Assembly (NCBI GenBank): GCA_038087875.1
Contig: CM075990.1
Span: 11,596,001-11,660,000 of the forward strand
Length of the DNA: 64,000 bases
Direction: 5' to 3'
From: Malacoraja senta
Taxonomy: Eukaryota
Below are positions 12,269 through 24,479 of the stretch, one piece after another; position 1 is the first letter of the stretch, and each line of letters begins with the position of its first letter. The notes beneath the pieces are model-generated. The model made no database searches. It saw only the letters and a program-made list of their open reading frames with translations, and was not told the origin of the DNA. The translations under genes were made by a program, and so were the position numbers.

Positions 12269-13265
12269 TTTATAGTAAAGTGTCCCAAGGTGTTTGGCGA
12301 GAGCTACTTACAAACCAATTTGAACTGGAAGCGACATAGGAAGATGTTTGGAAAGCTGGCCGTGAGCTCGGTTCTGAGAGGTAGGTTTTGGCGAGGATGA
12401 CGGAGATAATTTCATAGAAGTGCAGGTGAAGGCACGACTAATAACGATGGAGTGAGCAGTCCAGCGATGAGCCAGAAGTGAGCTATGTGCTTCTCAGAAG
12501 ACCATGCGCTGGCGAAATTCCAGAGATCGGGAGAGACAACAGAGGGATTTTTGAGAAAAAGGAGATTTTTTAAATTATAGAACAAAGACCTTTTAAAAAT
12601 CTGACAAGGTAGAGCCACATTCACACAAATTCAGAGATGAGTGATGTTGAGTAACAAAACAGCAAGCCTGCAGAATCATTAGATTGAAAAATCTCTTCAT
12701 CATCATCATCATCATTAAGTCTGCAATAATTTTGTGTTGCAGGGTTCAATACCTTTTATCCCTTCCATGCTGAAATCAGTCATTTCCCTTGTTGATTGCC
12801 TGACTATTATCAGTGAACTCTTCTGATTTGTTCCTGACTCCAGTGGTACAGAGCGCAGGGAATCCTCTCTATCTCTCTCTCTCTCTTTTTGTCATTCTGT
12901 AATGCCTTTATTACGGATCAGAATTCCCGGGACCTTGGGGATTTGGGGGTGTTGGCGTTTGACTGTGTAGGTCGTTAAAAAGCTGGTGGTGCAAAGTTCT
13001 GATTGTTTTCTCCCCAGCTGCCACATGAAACGTCCTGAGAGCCGACAAGTAGAGAGCCAAATCCACCTTTCAGTTACATCCTTTGTGTAAAATTCAGGTC
13101 AAAGATGGATTTAGAATTGTACAAAAAGAGATCGCTGAAAATTGGGAAATGGTATGAAATATTGATGTGAATTTCAATCTATTTTCCTGCATGTGATGAT
13201 GAGTTCCATTAATTAATATGTAAAGTGTTCTACCTAATCCATTGGTGTTTTCTAGGAACCCAATT

Positions 13266-14190
13266 ACATAGAACATAGAATAGTACAGCCCAGTAACAGG
13301 CCCTTCAGCCCACAATGTACGATACTATACGATATGATAGAACTTCATTTATCCCAGGAGAGAAATTGATCTGCCAACGGTCATAAAAACACAAAATACA
13401 TGAAACTTGAATTTAAAGTGACGAGTCGAAAGGATTGGGGAAGGGGGTGCGGAGGAGAGGGGAGTCAGTCTCAGTCTACCCCACGACAGAAGGGGGAGGA
13501 ATTGTACAGAGTGATAGCCACAGGGAAGAAGGATCTCCTGTGGCGTTCTGTCCTGCATCTTGGTGGAACCAGTCTGTTGCTGAAGGTGCTCCTCAGGTTG
13601 ACCAGTGTGTCATGGAGGGGGTGAGCTGTATTGTCCAGGATGCTCCGCAGTTTGAGGAGCATCCTCCCCTCTAAGACCAACCTCCAGTAAATCCAACTCT
13701 GCCCCAGGACAGAGCCAGCCTTCCTGATGAGTTTGTAAATCCTATTGCCATCCGCGGCCTTCGCCCTGCTGCCCCAGCACACGACAGCAAAGAAGATGGC
13801 ACTGGCTATCCCCGATTGGTAGAACTCGCCAGCATCTCACTGCAGGCGTTGAAGGAGCGGAGCCTTCTCAACAAGTACAGCTGGCTCTGTCCCTTCTTGT
13901 ACAGGGCCTCGGCGTTCCTGGACCAGTCCAGTTTACTGTCCAGGTACACTCCTAGATACTTGTACTCCCTGGTAAACTGCACATCCACACCATTGATGGA
14001 GACAGGGAACAGGATGTCCCGAACACGTTCTGTACCGAACATCATGCCAAGTTAGACTAATCTCCTCTGCCTGCACACGATCTATATCCCTCCATTCTCT
14101 GCATACTTGTGTGCCTTTCCAAAAGCCTCTTAGATGCCACAATTGGATCTACCTCCACCACCCTCCATCCAGGCAGTGTGTTCCAGGCCA
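13266..14190 (-). mobile_element. CR1 3' end interrupted by a Rex1 fragment
   Basis: acatagaacatagaa tail at 13266-13317; CR1 resumes at ~14028. Confidence 0.65.
13318..14010 (-). mobile_element. Rex1-type LINE ORF2 3' fragment (frameshifted)
   Basis: EYKYLGVYLDSKLDWSRNAEALYKKGQSQLYLLRRLRSF / CWGSRAKAAD...HPLHDTL...RTERHRRSFFPVAITLYN. Confidence 0.85.
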
Positions 14191-14214
14191 CATTGCCAGA
14201 GGAAGGCCATGTGC

Positions 14215-14560
14215 AAACTAGAGGAACAGCACCTCTATTCCACTTGGGTGGACTACAACCCAACGGTATGAATATTGAATTCTACAAGTTTAACCAAAAC
14301 TTCCCTTTCCTCCATCTTCAACCTTATCTCACATCTTTAGCCTTTTCATTTCTGGCCTTGGTCCAACCATCTGACTACCAAAAAAAACCCTCACCCTTAC
14401 CTATCTATCACTTGCCAAGTTTTGGTCTGCCCCTCCTCTCTTCTGTCTTTCCCTCCCCCTCTACAATCAGTCTGAAGAAGGGTCCCAACCTGATACATCA
14501 TTGTCCATGTTCTCTCGAGATGCTGACAGACATGCTGAGTTACTCCAGCTCTTTGTGCCT
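14215..14560 (+). mobile_element. Degenerate PLE 3' fragment
   Basis: aaactagaggaacagcacctc...atgaatattgaattc, then cagtctgaagaagggtcccaacc. Confidence 0.7.
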
Positions 14561-14852
14561 TTTTCCTGGCAGGTTTCCTAGCGAGTCTACACCAAAACGA
14601 GCATTTCTCCGAACACTAATGTTCTATCCGCCAAGGCCTACTGGATCTCCCAGTTGCTAACCATTTTCAGAAGCCAATCCATAGCCTGTTAATGTGTGGG
14701 ATTTGCTGGTCGGCGTGGACTCAGTGAGCTGTAGGGCCTGTTTCCATGCTGTATCTCTAAACTAAACTAAACTAAGACAGGCAGCATCTCTGAAGAGAAG
14801 GAATGGGTGATGATATCAGGACGTCCCAACCCGAAACATCACCCATTTCTTA

Positions 14853-15125
14853 GTCATAGAGTCCTAGAGTGATACGGTGTGGAAACAGTCCCTTCGCCCC
14901 AACTCGCCCACATCGGCCAACAATGTCCCACCTACACTAGTCCCACCTGCCTGCGCTTGGTCCATATCCCTCCAAACCCATCCTATCCATGTACCTGTCT
15001 AACTGTTTCTTAAAGGTGGGATAGTCCCAGCCTCAACTACCTCCTCTGGCAGCTTGTTCCATACACCCACCATCCTTTGTGTGAAAAAGTTACCCCTTGG
15101 ATTCCTATTAAATCTTTTCCCCTGT
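14853..15125 (-). mobile_element. CR1/HER1 3' end nested within a PLE repeat
   Basis: RGNFFTQRMVGVWNKLPEEVVEAGTI; tagagtc tail; PLE pieces at 14775-14850 and 15140-15210. Confidence 0.75.
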
Positions 15126-15469
15126 CCCCTGGTCCTTCCACTCCCGCTGAGGTACTCCAGCATTTTGTGTCTATCTTCGGTGTAAACCAGCATCTGCAGT
15201 TCCTTCCTACAGGTGGGGATGATAGCTCATCGGTCAGTTGAAGATGCCCTCCAGTCAATCTAAAGGAACATTTCTCTCCTATAAAATAAACTACATGCCT
15301 GAAATATGTGAGAGAATCAAAGAGGACAGTATGTCATGGTCCATAGCTGATTGGGAGGTTTTGCTCCCAATTTAATATCAATATTTAATAGGTGGAATGT
15401 TTGAATCTGGGAATTAAAGAATACTCAGTTCATGGAAATATTGCTCGAGGATATAATTCTCTGTATTCC

Positions 15470-15869
15470 TTTTTTAAAATTTTTTAATTTTTTTTATTAG
15501 GAGTAAGTACAATTGTATACAATCATATTTTCATAATACATTTTATGTACAGCTTCTTATTTTTTTAAATTTTGTAATAAAGAAGAAAAAGAAAAAGAAG
15601 TTAGATAATGAAGAATAGAAAAATGTGAGATATATAGTGTGTGAAAAAGAAAAATAGAGAGTGAAAAAAGAAAGTTAAGAAATAGAAAATAGGAGAAAAA
15701 GAGTGAAAGAAGAAAAGAGAAGAAAAAAAAAAGAGAAGTAAGGAGATCGTATTTATAATCTTGACCATTCCTCACCCAGTCACGGATTAGCTTTTACACT
15801 TGTGTTGCACCATATGTTTCCAAAAAGACGACAAATGGAGACCAACTCGTTATGAATTGGTCAAATTTA
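15470..15869 (-). mobile_element. 5'-truncated L1-clade LINE 3' end
   Basis: Minus frame KFDQFITSWSPFVVFLETYGATQV* (W-x-PF motif of fish-type L1 ORF2 ends); poly(A) tail; TSD tctgtattcc at 15460-15469 and 15870-15879. Confidence 0.75.
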
Positions 15870-16486
15870 TCTGTATTCCAATACAACAAATTTATACTGT
15901 ACCTCCTGCATGCATTGTGACAAATGATCCGTCCCTTGATAAACAACAAGTCTTTTTGAAACTCAAGGCTGGAGGAAGACTGTTATTGCGACTGTGTTGA
16001 TTCTATTAGACTTTGTTAAAGGCAGCATGTCAGCAATGTCTGAAACTGTGCCTTTGAAATCTCAGTAGTATGATAAAGCTCCATCATTATCACCACAATA
16101 AGATGCTATTAATGCAATAGAATATCTCCAGATTTCAAAATAGGGTGTTATCAAACAAACATTGGCATATGAACAAAAACTTGGTTCAAGACAACGGATT
16201 TTGGGGATATATAAGAGGCAGAGATATTTACTGAAGGGTTCAGAGCTTGGAGCACAGTCATGACTTTAAGTGTGCCAATTCCATAATTATGTAGGAACAT
16301 GAGGAACCTCAACAAAGTCACCCCTCAGTCTCCTATGCTGCAAAGAAAATAGTCCCAGCCTCAGCCCCTTTGCTCTATGCTCCAGTGCGCAAGCCCAGGT
16401 AACATTCTAGTGAAGCTGTTCTGCACCAAACGGTGGAATTGGATGAAGAAGCTGAATGACACTTCCATGTTTGTTTCTTGTTTCGG

Positions 16487-16757
16487 AGCTGCAGATGCTG
16501 GTTTAAGATGGACACAAAAAGCTGGAGTAACTCAGTGGGACAGGCAGCATCTTTGGAGAGAAGGAATGGGTGACGTTTCAGGTCGCGACCCTTCTTCAGA
16601 TACCTCTGCTACCTTCGAAATGTTCTGAATTCCTCAGACCTTGGATGATTTCGGAAGTGCAGACGACCAGCTCACCAAGTGAATGATAAAACTCCATCTG
16701 CAACTTTTACAAAGAGCAAAATTCAGTTAGGGATAAGGGAAACGAGAGATATAGACG
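16487..16757 (-). mobile_element. PLE 3' fragment containing a captured 124-bp genomic segment
   Basis: PLE repeat 16487-16601, non-TE insert 16602-16725, PLE continuation gggataagggaaacgagagatatagacg 16726-16757. Confidence 0.8.
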
Positions 16758-17427
16758 TTACTATCTTTCCCATTGCAAGTTCTATGTGCCTGAAGGCATT
16801 TTGCTAATGTACCACTCTTTTATCACAGCAGGCAACCAGACCCAGTCTCGGGCTGAAGTGAGAATAAATCTTTGCTTTCTTCACTTTCCATTTTTGAAAC
16901 AATACATCCCCATGAACATGCATAGAAAAAGATCTAATGTAAAGCTGACCCCATTTTTAAAAAACGCCTGCCATTTCCTCTTGGGGAGTTGTCCTTACAG
17001 TAGCACCCTACCGAAAATCTGTCGCGATTTCAAAGGCTTGTGAGTAAAGTTGAACAAGTTGACAGTTACAGAGTTTTAAACAAGCAAGTTCTGATGCAAC
17101 CAAAAAAAACCCACCTGGAAATGTGCTTCTAATTTCAAAGTTACCACGAATAAAAATATTTTCCTTTTTCACAAAAACTGTACAAGCAACATGCTTCAAG
17201 AAAATAAAAAAGGGCTACTTTGAAGCTCATTTGGAATGAAATATTGATGCGTCAGTATTCCCTGTTTTTTTTCTGAATCTCTTTATTAATTAATCTAAGA
17301 TCTTGAATTTTGCTCTTTGTAAAAGTTGCAGATGGAGTTTTATCATTCACTTGGTGAGCTGGTCGTCTGCACTTCCGAAATCATCCAAATTCTGCGGAAT
17401 TCAGAACATTTCGAAGGTAGCAGAGGT
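16602..17427. repeat. Long inverted repeat: 124-bp arms (16602-16725 / 17304-17427), ~580-bp spacer
   Basis: Arms are reverse complements with 3 mismatches by eye. Confidence 0.95.
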
Positions 17428-17859
17428 CTATGATACGCAAACTAGGACATCAATCAACCCTGCTTCAAGGTCGATAGGTTTCCGTAATGGGCTGTCCAGA
17501 GTCACTGAACGGTAAACATTCAGGAATATGCAGCGAAGTGGAACATTCTCCTGACCCATGTTTATACAAAACACATATGTTCCTTCTAATAACAGGCTGA
17601 TGTTGGATGTAATATTTTCAGAGTTGCAACCGTCAGTATTCTGAGTGATTTCGACGCATGCTGGTGAGGCTTTGATCACTTTAGGAGAAAAGGCATGGCA
17701 CTGAACAATTGTACACCTGTCCCCTTACTTCAGGAAGATTCGCCATTCACATTCATCAAGTCCATCCATCACCGGCATCTCCAACCTTGACCACAGGCAG
17801 AAAGCGATACGATAGATTCATGAGTGTCGGATACAACGACCAGTGAAATCCCCTTTAGA

Positions 17860-18230
17860 GGCAGAAAGAAAAAGAGAAAGATTGAAAGGTAGAGAGAGTG
17901 AGAGAGAAGGAAGAGAGATAACAAGATAGAGAGGGATAGAGAGAGCGCGAGGGGGAGACAGGGAAAGCGGTAGAGGAAGATAAAGATAGAGAAAGAGGGA
18001 GAGAGGGAGAGGGAGTGGGAGTGGGAGGGGTGGGGGAGGGGGGGAGGAAGGGGAGGGGGAGAGGAAGGGGGAGGGGGAGGTAGAGAGGGGGAGGGAGGGG
18101 GTGGGGCGGACGGGTTGGGGGTAGGGGAGAGGGTGTGGGAGGTGGAGAGGGAGAGGGAATGGGAGGGGGAATGGGAGGGATATAAATAGATAAAGATAGA
18201 GAAAGAGTGAAAGAATAGAAAGATAAACAC
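17860..18230 (+). repeat. Polypurine / G-rich low-complexity tract
   Basis: GA-rich with a run of GGG-GGGGGGG tracts at ~17995-18180. Confidence 0.9.
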
Positions 18231-18849
18231 ACACAGGCATGCAGATGCACACGCGTACACACAGAGACAGAGGGACACAAAGGCAGAGACAGAGACACAC
18301 TCAAGTTTACATAGAGGATGTTTAAATATGTGAGAAATCTTGGGAAGGTCTGGCAGGTGAATAGTGCTTGCAAGTTCAAAAAGTCAGAGCAAGAAATGAA
18401 AGTGTAGGCTGCTTGGGCAGAGTAGTATGTTATTATCAGAGTATTGTCAGACTACTAATCCAATTTATAATCCCCTTTGAAAGGTTATGAGTTTGAACTC
18501 ACCTTTAGAAAACACATTTGGAGAAGGGAAGATGATAGCTTCAAAGCCAGACTCAGCCAAAGCTTGAGAGCAACCTAAAAACCTGGTGTAAATGCCGCAA
18601 ATCAAAGAAGCCAAAATGTAACGGGTACATTACAGAGATCAAAGTGGATTGGGAAATGTTAGCACAGGACAGCATTTTCAACAAAATCACATTTAGAGCA
18701 CAGAAAAACTGTTTGACAAACTGATACACATCGAGGTCAGCACTGATTCAGATGGAGCTTCATGTGAAGAGTAATCAATAGCTGGAATAGACTTCCGGCT
18801 TCTGCAGTGAAAGACAAGTACTCACGTACTGAAAAATGTAAAGCAAAAG

Positions 18850-19154
18850 GCAGCATGGTGATGCAGTGGTAGCGATGCTGTCTTACAACGCCAGAGACCC
18901 AGGTTCGAACCTCATTATGGGTGCTTGTCTGTAAGGAGTTTGTACATTCTTCCTGTGACCTGCGTGGGTTTTCGCCGAGGACTTCAGTTTCCTCACACAC
19001 TCCAAAGACGTATAGGTTTGTAGGTTAATTGGCTTGGTATAAATGTAAAAATTGTCGCTGGTGTAGGATGGTGTTAATGTGTGGGGATCGCTGGTCAGTC
19101 TGGACTCGGTGGGCCGAAGGGCCTGTTTCCGCTCTGTATCTCTAAACTAAACTG
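18850..19154 (+). mobile_element. HE1-like SINE
   Basis: Head, V-domain, gggccgaagggcctgtttccgctctgtatctctaaactaaact tail. Confidence 0.88.
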
Positions 19155-19260
19155 AACAGAGAGATTTTAAAGTGCATGTCCATAGATCGTTGAAGGCAGC
19201 AGAACAGTGGATAAGATGGTCCCGACTCTATCTGGGAAGCATACTTTCCATTATTGGATG

Positions 19261-19460
19261 NNNNNNNNNNNNNNNNNNNNNNNNNNNNNNNNNNNNNNNN
19301 NNNNNNNNNNNNNNNNNNNNNNNNNNNNNNNNNNNNNNNNNNNNNNNNNNNNNNNNNNNNNNNNNNNNNNNNNNNNNNNNNNNNNNNNNNNNNNNNNNNN
19401 NNNNNNNNNNNNNNNNNNNNNNNNNNNNNNNNNNNNNNNNNNNNNNNNNNNNNNNNNNNN
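19261..19460. other. Assembly gap (200 N)
   Basis: Run of n. Confidence 1.
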
Positions 19461-19652
19461 TTTGCTTTGAATGGTATACCTTTTCTAATAATGATTGACG
19501 TACCTCTAGATTTCGAAGGATATGAAGAATGATATATTTGACCTATCCATTTCGCCCTCAACCTAGCTTGATCCTGGGATTTTAGATGAGTTTCTTGTAA
19601 GAAAATGATGTCAGAATTGTACAGTTTCAGCTGAGCTAATATCTTACCCTTC
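19461..19652 (-). mobile_element. L1-clade ORF2 APE endonuclease fragment running into the gap
   Basis: KGKILAQLKLYNSDIIFLQETHL...WIGQIYHSSYPSKSRGTSIIIRKGIPF; no stops. Confidence 0.88.
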
Positions 19653-19653
19653 A

Positions 19654-19719
19654 AGAGTATGAGTCAAGGGCAAACTCGGCAGAGGTTGTGAATTAGGTGG
19701 TGAAAGTGGGACAGGCTCT
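19654..19719. mobile_element. Right end of a PIF/Harbinger MITE (same family as 33208-33641)
   Basis: gagtatgagtcaagggcaaactcggcagagg...gtgggacaggctct|taa, matching 33577-33644. Confidence 0.8.
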
Positions 19720-20254
19720 TAAGTATTTCAGCTGAGTTTTTGCTTCCAATTTATTTTCCCCTCCAATTTGTGAAGGACCGACCCTCAGGGGCATTTTAAG
19801 AGTCAGTGGCATGTGAGTGAGAGAAAGACTCTGAATAAAGTTACCAACGTGAGACCTCGATGCTCCCTGCAGCAAATCCCATCAATGGCCAGAAATGAAA
19901 TCATCACCGCTGTCTCCCTGAAGAATCTCTGGAGAGGAGGAATGGAAGTCTCTGACCGCATCAGCTGTGAGTGGCAGGTGGTGATGAGTGGAGTAGAATC
20001 TATCTTGTGCCGTGACAAGGTGCTCATTCCACCAGCTCGCTTTGCAAGTTAAGAGCCGCTGAAATTAGTAATGATCTCTGGAATGCTCTGTGATGGTGCG
20101 AGGGTTTTGTTCGTGACAAGTCACTCAAGAAACACCTCGAGATGAAGAGGCGAGAGGTCCCTGCACATCTGCATTTTTCAAAGTCACATCTGCTTGTCTC
20201 CTGACAGAGGGGGCTCGGAGTGGGGGCTGGAGTAGCAAACAAGGAGCTTAGAGC

Positions 20255-20505
20255 AAAGATAGACACAAAAAGCTGGAGTAACTCAGCGGGTCAGGCAGCA
20301 TCTCTGGAGAAAAGGAATAGGTGGTGTTTCGGGTCGAGACCCTTCGTCAGAATTCAGGCTCAGACTTCAAAGTCTGAAGAAGGGTCTCAACCCGAAACAT
20401 CACCTATTCCTCTTCTCCAGAGATGCTGTCTGACCCATTGAGTTACTCCAGCTTTTCCTGTCTGTCTTCAGTTTAAACCGGCATCTGCAGTTCCTTCCTG
20501 ACACA
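20255..20505. mobile_element. Fold-back (inverted) PLE mini-element
   Basis: Minus repeat 20255-20351, short spacer, plus repeat 20371-20505; acaaggagc on both flanks. Confidence 0.85.
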
Positions 20506-21171
20506 AGGAGCCTGGAGTCGAGGCCATCTCCTGAGTTGTGGGTGCAGCTTCCCACAGGAAGAGGGGTGCAAGCACAAGTTTCCAACACTTATCGCCCCAC
20601 CTCACCCCTCTCAGGATTCAGTCAATGCAACAACCCGGAAAACATGAATGAAAAGAACTTATTCTCTGACAGGAGGAATGTACAGCTATTAATCCAACCC
20701 ACAACCGCTGTTCTTGAGGGGCAGAGAGGATTTCAAATCTCGGAGTCCAATTATAGAACTGTCATTGCCGATCATGTAAGTTTATTTTCCCTCATAATAA
20801 TGGCAAACAAACCCAAATGGGACTTTTTTTACTTTAATTGTCTGGTTCTGTGATTGAATTACTCAGCAGTGCCACAGATATGTCTGCAAGACATGCACAT
20901 TTATAATGTGGTAAGTTCTGTAAATGAGGTAATAAATTGCAAAAAGTTGTCTTTGACTTCTGCAGCATGTGGCCATTCAGCCCTGAGGTCCATGCTAGCA
21001 TTGATGCTCCACACAGTCTCCTCCACCCCTCTATCATCTCACCCCATCACCCACTCAGTCATTGACCTTCACACTGTGAAACCGGCTCACTATTGCTCAC
21101 ATTAAATGATTGCACAAAGTTAAGCTGCAACCCTTATTGTGCATTATGGAACATACTGGCTGCCTAACGTG

Positions 21172-21463
21172 GGCGATACAGTGCAGCAGCGGTAGAATTG
21201 CTGCCTTACAGCGGCAGAGACCCGGGTACGATCCTGACTATAGGTGCTGTTTGTATGGAGTTTGCTCTTTCTCCCTGTGGCCGTTTAAATTTTGTCCGGA
21301 TGCCCCCCACATCCCAAAGACGTGCAGGTTTGTAGGTTAATTGGCTTCGGAAAATTATCCCTAGTGTGTAGGATAGAAATAGTCTACAGTTGATCGCTGA
21401 TCGGCACGGACTCAGTGGGCTGAAAGGTCTGTTTCCAAACTGGAATCTCTAAACTAAACTAAA
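21172..21463 (+). mobile_element. HE1-like SINE
   Basis: Head, V-domain and (ctaaa)n tail. Confidence 0.85.
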
Positions 21464-21938
21464 TAGACAATAGACAATAGACAATAGGTGCAGGAGTAGG
21501 CCGTTCGGCCCTTCGAGTTAGCACTGCCATTCAATGTGATCATGGCTGATCATCCCTAATCAGTACCCCGTTCCTGCCTTCTCCCCATATCCCCTGACTC
21601 CGCTATCTTTAAGAGCCCTTTCTAGCTCTCTCTTGAAAGCATCCAGAGAACCAGCCTCCACCATCCTCTGAAGCAGAGAATTCCACAGATTCACAACTCT
21701 TGTGAAGAAGTGTTTCCTTGTCTCCGTTCTAAATGGCTTACCCCTTATACTTAAAATGTGGCCCCTTGTTCTGGACTCCCCCAACATCTGGAACATGTTT
21801 CCTGCATCTAGCGTGTCCAAACACTTAATAATCTTATATGTTTCTATAAGATTCCCTCTCATCCTTCTAAACTCCAGAGTATACAAGCCCAGCCGCTCCA
21901 TTCTCTCAGAATATGACAGTCCCGCCATCCCAGGAATT
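21464..21938 (-). mobile_element. CR1/HER1 ORF2 3' fragment, tail-to-tail with the preceding SINE
   Basis: IPGMAGLSYSERMERLGLYTLEFRRMRGNLIETYKI...VVNLWNSL...FKRELERAL; (tagacaa)n tail. Confidence 0.9.
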
Positions 21939-22221
21939 ATAATTAACTCTACTGGCTCTTGGATCAAGCATGGATGTACTCTGAAAATCTCTGTACCAGT
22001 CTTCACACCTACCAGCAAGGCATGAAACATTGACCAAAGGAAACAACCCACTCTGGAGGCCGTATCTAACTCTAAAGAGACAGAGATATTATCTTTCTGC
22101 CTTGGAGGCTACTCCCAGTTATAACACCCAGAATAGTCTCAGAACACTCTCCCTTTATATCAATTCTCATGAATTTAAGGCTAACCCAGGCAGCCATCCT
22201 TTTCAATTTAAGTTGTATAGC

Positions 22222-22528
22222 GGCAAGGTGGCGCAGCAGTAGAGTTGCTACCTTACAGCGCCAGAGACCGGGGTTCATTCCTGACTGTAGGTGCAGTCTG
22301 TACAGAGTTTGTACGTTCTCCCCGTGACCTGCGTGGGTTTTCGACAAGATCTCCGGTTTCCTCCCACACTCCAACGACGTGCAGGTTTGTAGGTTAATTG
22401 GCTTGGTATAAATGTAAATTGTCCCTCGTGTGTGTAGGATAGTGTTAGTGTGCGGGTATCGCTGGTCGGTGCGGACCTGGTGGGCCGAAGGGCCTGTTTC
22501 CGCTCTGTATCTCTAAACTAACCTAAAC
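22222..22528 (+). mobile_element. HE1-like SINE
   Basis: A box ggtggcgcagcagtag, B box gggttcattcc, V-domain, tail. Confidence 0.9.
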
Positions 22529-23810
22529 GGGCATTAGTTTCATTCAGTGGAATCCATAATTCGCCCTCTCCGAGCCTAATATACTGTTCCAAAACTGCAG
22601 TGTCCAGAATTAAATCGGTACTTCAGATAACATATAACTGGACCCTGAAGAGACTGTCCATGCTGGAACCTTGAGCATAAAACAATCTGCTGGAAGAATT
22701 CAGCAGGTCAGGCAGCATCCATGCAGTATGGATACTAAGATGAAGGATCTTGTGTCCCCAAAATATTTACCGTCCATTTCCTTTCACAGAGGGTGTCTAT
22801 CCTTCTGAGTTCCTTCAGTAGATTGTTTATAACTGGAGCTAAGTGCAGTCCTAACATAACGCCTACCCTTCTGTGGTCCAACACTCCTGGGATGGAGGTA
22901 AATATTCCAATCAGTGTTTCCATTTTCAGTGTTGGGGTCAGTGATTTTCTTCCTTGGACTGCAAATTCCTTCAATTCATTGTGTTCAGTTTCCCTTTGGA
23001 AATATTGTCGAATGCTTTTAATCCAAAGTGGACATGTTGAGAACACATCAGGAAATCTGAAGGGTCCCAACCCAATACGCCACCTATCCATGTTCACCAC
23101 AGATGCTGCCTGTCCCACTGAGTTACTCCAGCACTTGGTGCCTGTCGCAGGAAATCACGTTCCTCACATACAAAGGCTCAAAATAATTCCACCCACAGCC
23201 GTGTAGTTAGAATTTCCTGCCAATAACTGTGACCCAAAGGAATCCATGAATTTCTTGCTTAATCAGAATTAGCTTAATATAATAACCTGGTTTGTTTCTG
23301 CACATTATTAGTCATGTACGATTAATGCTAGTCAGGTCCTTAATGCACACAGGGACTGTAACTCAACAAGGCACACTAGTCAACATACATCAACCATTGT
23401 ATCGTCCCAGCAATCTCAGGATGTCAGTGTATTTTTTTAACCCTGATGGAATTTAAACTAACCACCTCAAAACCTCATTTACTGAGAAAATTATATTTTT
23501 AAACCCTGTCGGAATTTAAACCAGCCACCTCAAAATCTCGTTGAGAGAAAATAATGAAAGGAATGAATATTTTACAGTTTATGTTTTATAGTGTAGACCC
23601 ATGTACTCCATGAAAGTTGAGTTTAGGCACTTTCAGGTGATTGTAAATACAATGGAGGCCTTTGGATCTTTTTCACTTGGGGGTAACTCGAGTCTAAAGG
23701 TTTGACAGTCAGATGTGTTTGAGATTAAGTAACGAAAAAACAGTTCAGGATCAACAGAAAATGTCTGAAACAAAGTCATTGGAAAAAACATAACTACAGA
23801 GGTAAAAAGC

Positions 23811-24190
23811 AACTGTGAACAATGTGAACAAGGAAGGAACTGCAGATGCTGGTTTAAACCGAAGATAGACACAAAAAGCTGGAGCAACTCAGCAGGACAG
23901 GCGGCAAGCATTTCTGGAGAGAAGGAATGTGTGAGTTTCAGGTCGAGACCCTTCTTCAGACTGGGAAACGAGAGATATAGGCAATGATGTAGAGATATAA
24001 AGAACATTAAAGAAAGATATGCAAAAAAGTTAGGATGATGAAGGAAACAGGTCATTGTAGGCTGTTTGTTAGGTGAAAACGGGAAGCTAGTGCGACTTGG
24101 GTGGAGGAGGGATGGAGAGAGAGGATGCTGGGGCTACCTGAAGTTAGAGAAATCAATATTCATACCACTGGGCTGTGAACTGTGAACAAT
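23811..24190 (-). mobile_element. PLE 3' fragment with 13-bp TSD
   Basis: aactgtgaacaat at 23811-23823 and 24178-24190; includes the ORF stop region. Confidence 0.85.
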
Positions 24191-24479
24191 ATTGGCAACA
24201 CCAATATATCTTGCACTACCAAGGATCATTGTGTCTAGAGGATGTTGAGGGAATGATGATGAGGCAGCTAATCATCTCACGTTGCCTCTACAACAGTTGA
24301 TATTAAAGGCAGATGCCCATAATTCAGTTCAACTGTGGCCACATTTTTAAAGTCATCAACAATTTGCTTTACTTCTTTCATGACCCCACTAAGACATCGT
24401 AGTCTTCCCAGCATCTATTTTACATGCATGCATCTGCATGTAAGTCAGCAAATACTTGCATTTGTCCATTTATACTACA

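Noticed and set aside
17769..18379. Pro/Ser/Leu-rich minus-strand ORFs of 160-174 aa
   Set aside because: Translations of the polypurine low-complexity tract.
19142..19654. 170-aa ORF spanning the Ns
   Set aside because: Only 19461-19652 is real L1 endonuclease sequence; continuity across the gap is artefactual.
23432..23552. Two diverged ~60-bp tandem copies
   Set aside because: Ordinary old local duplication with no further structure.
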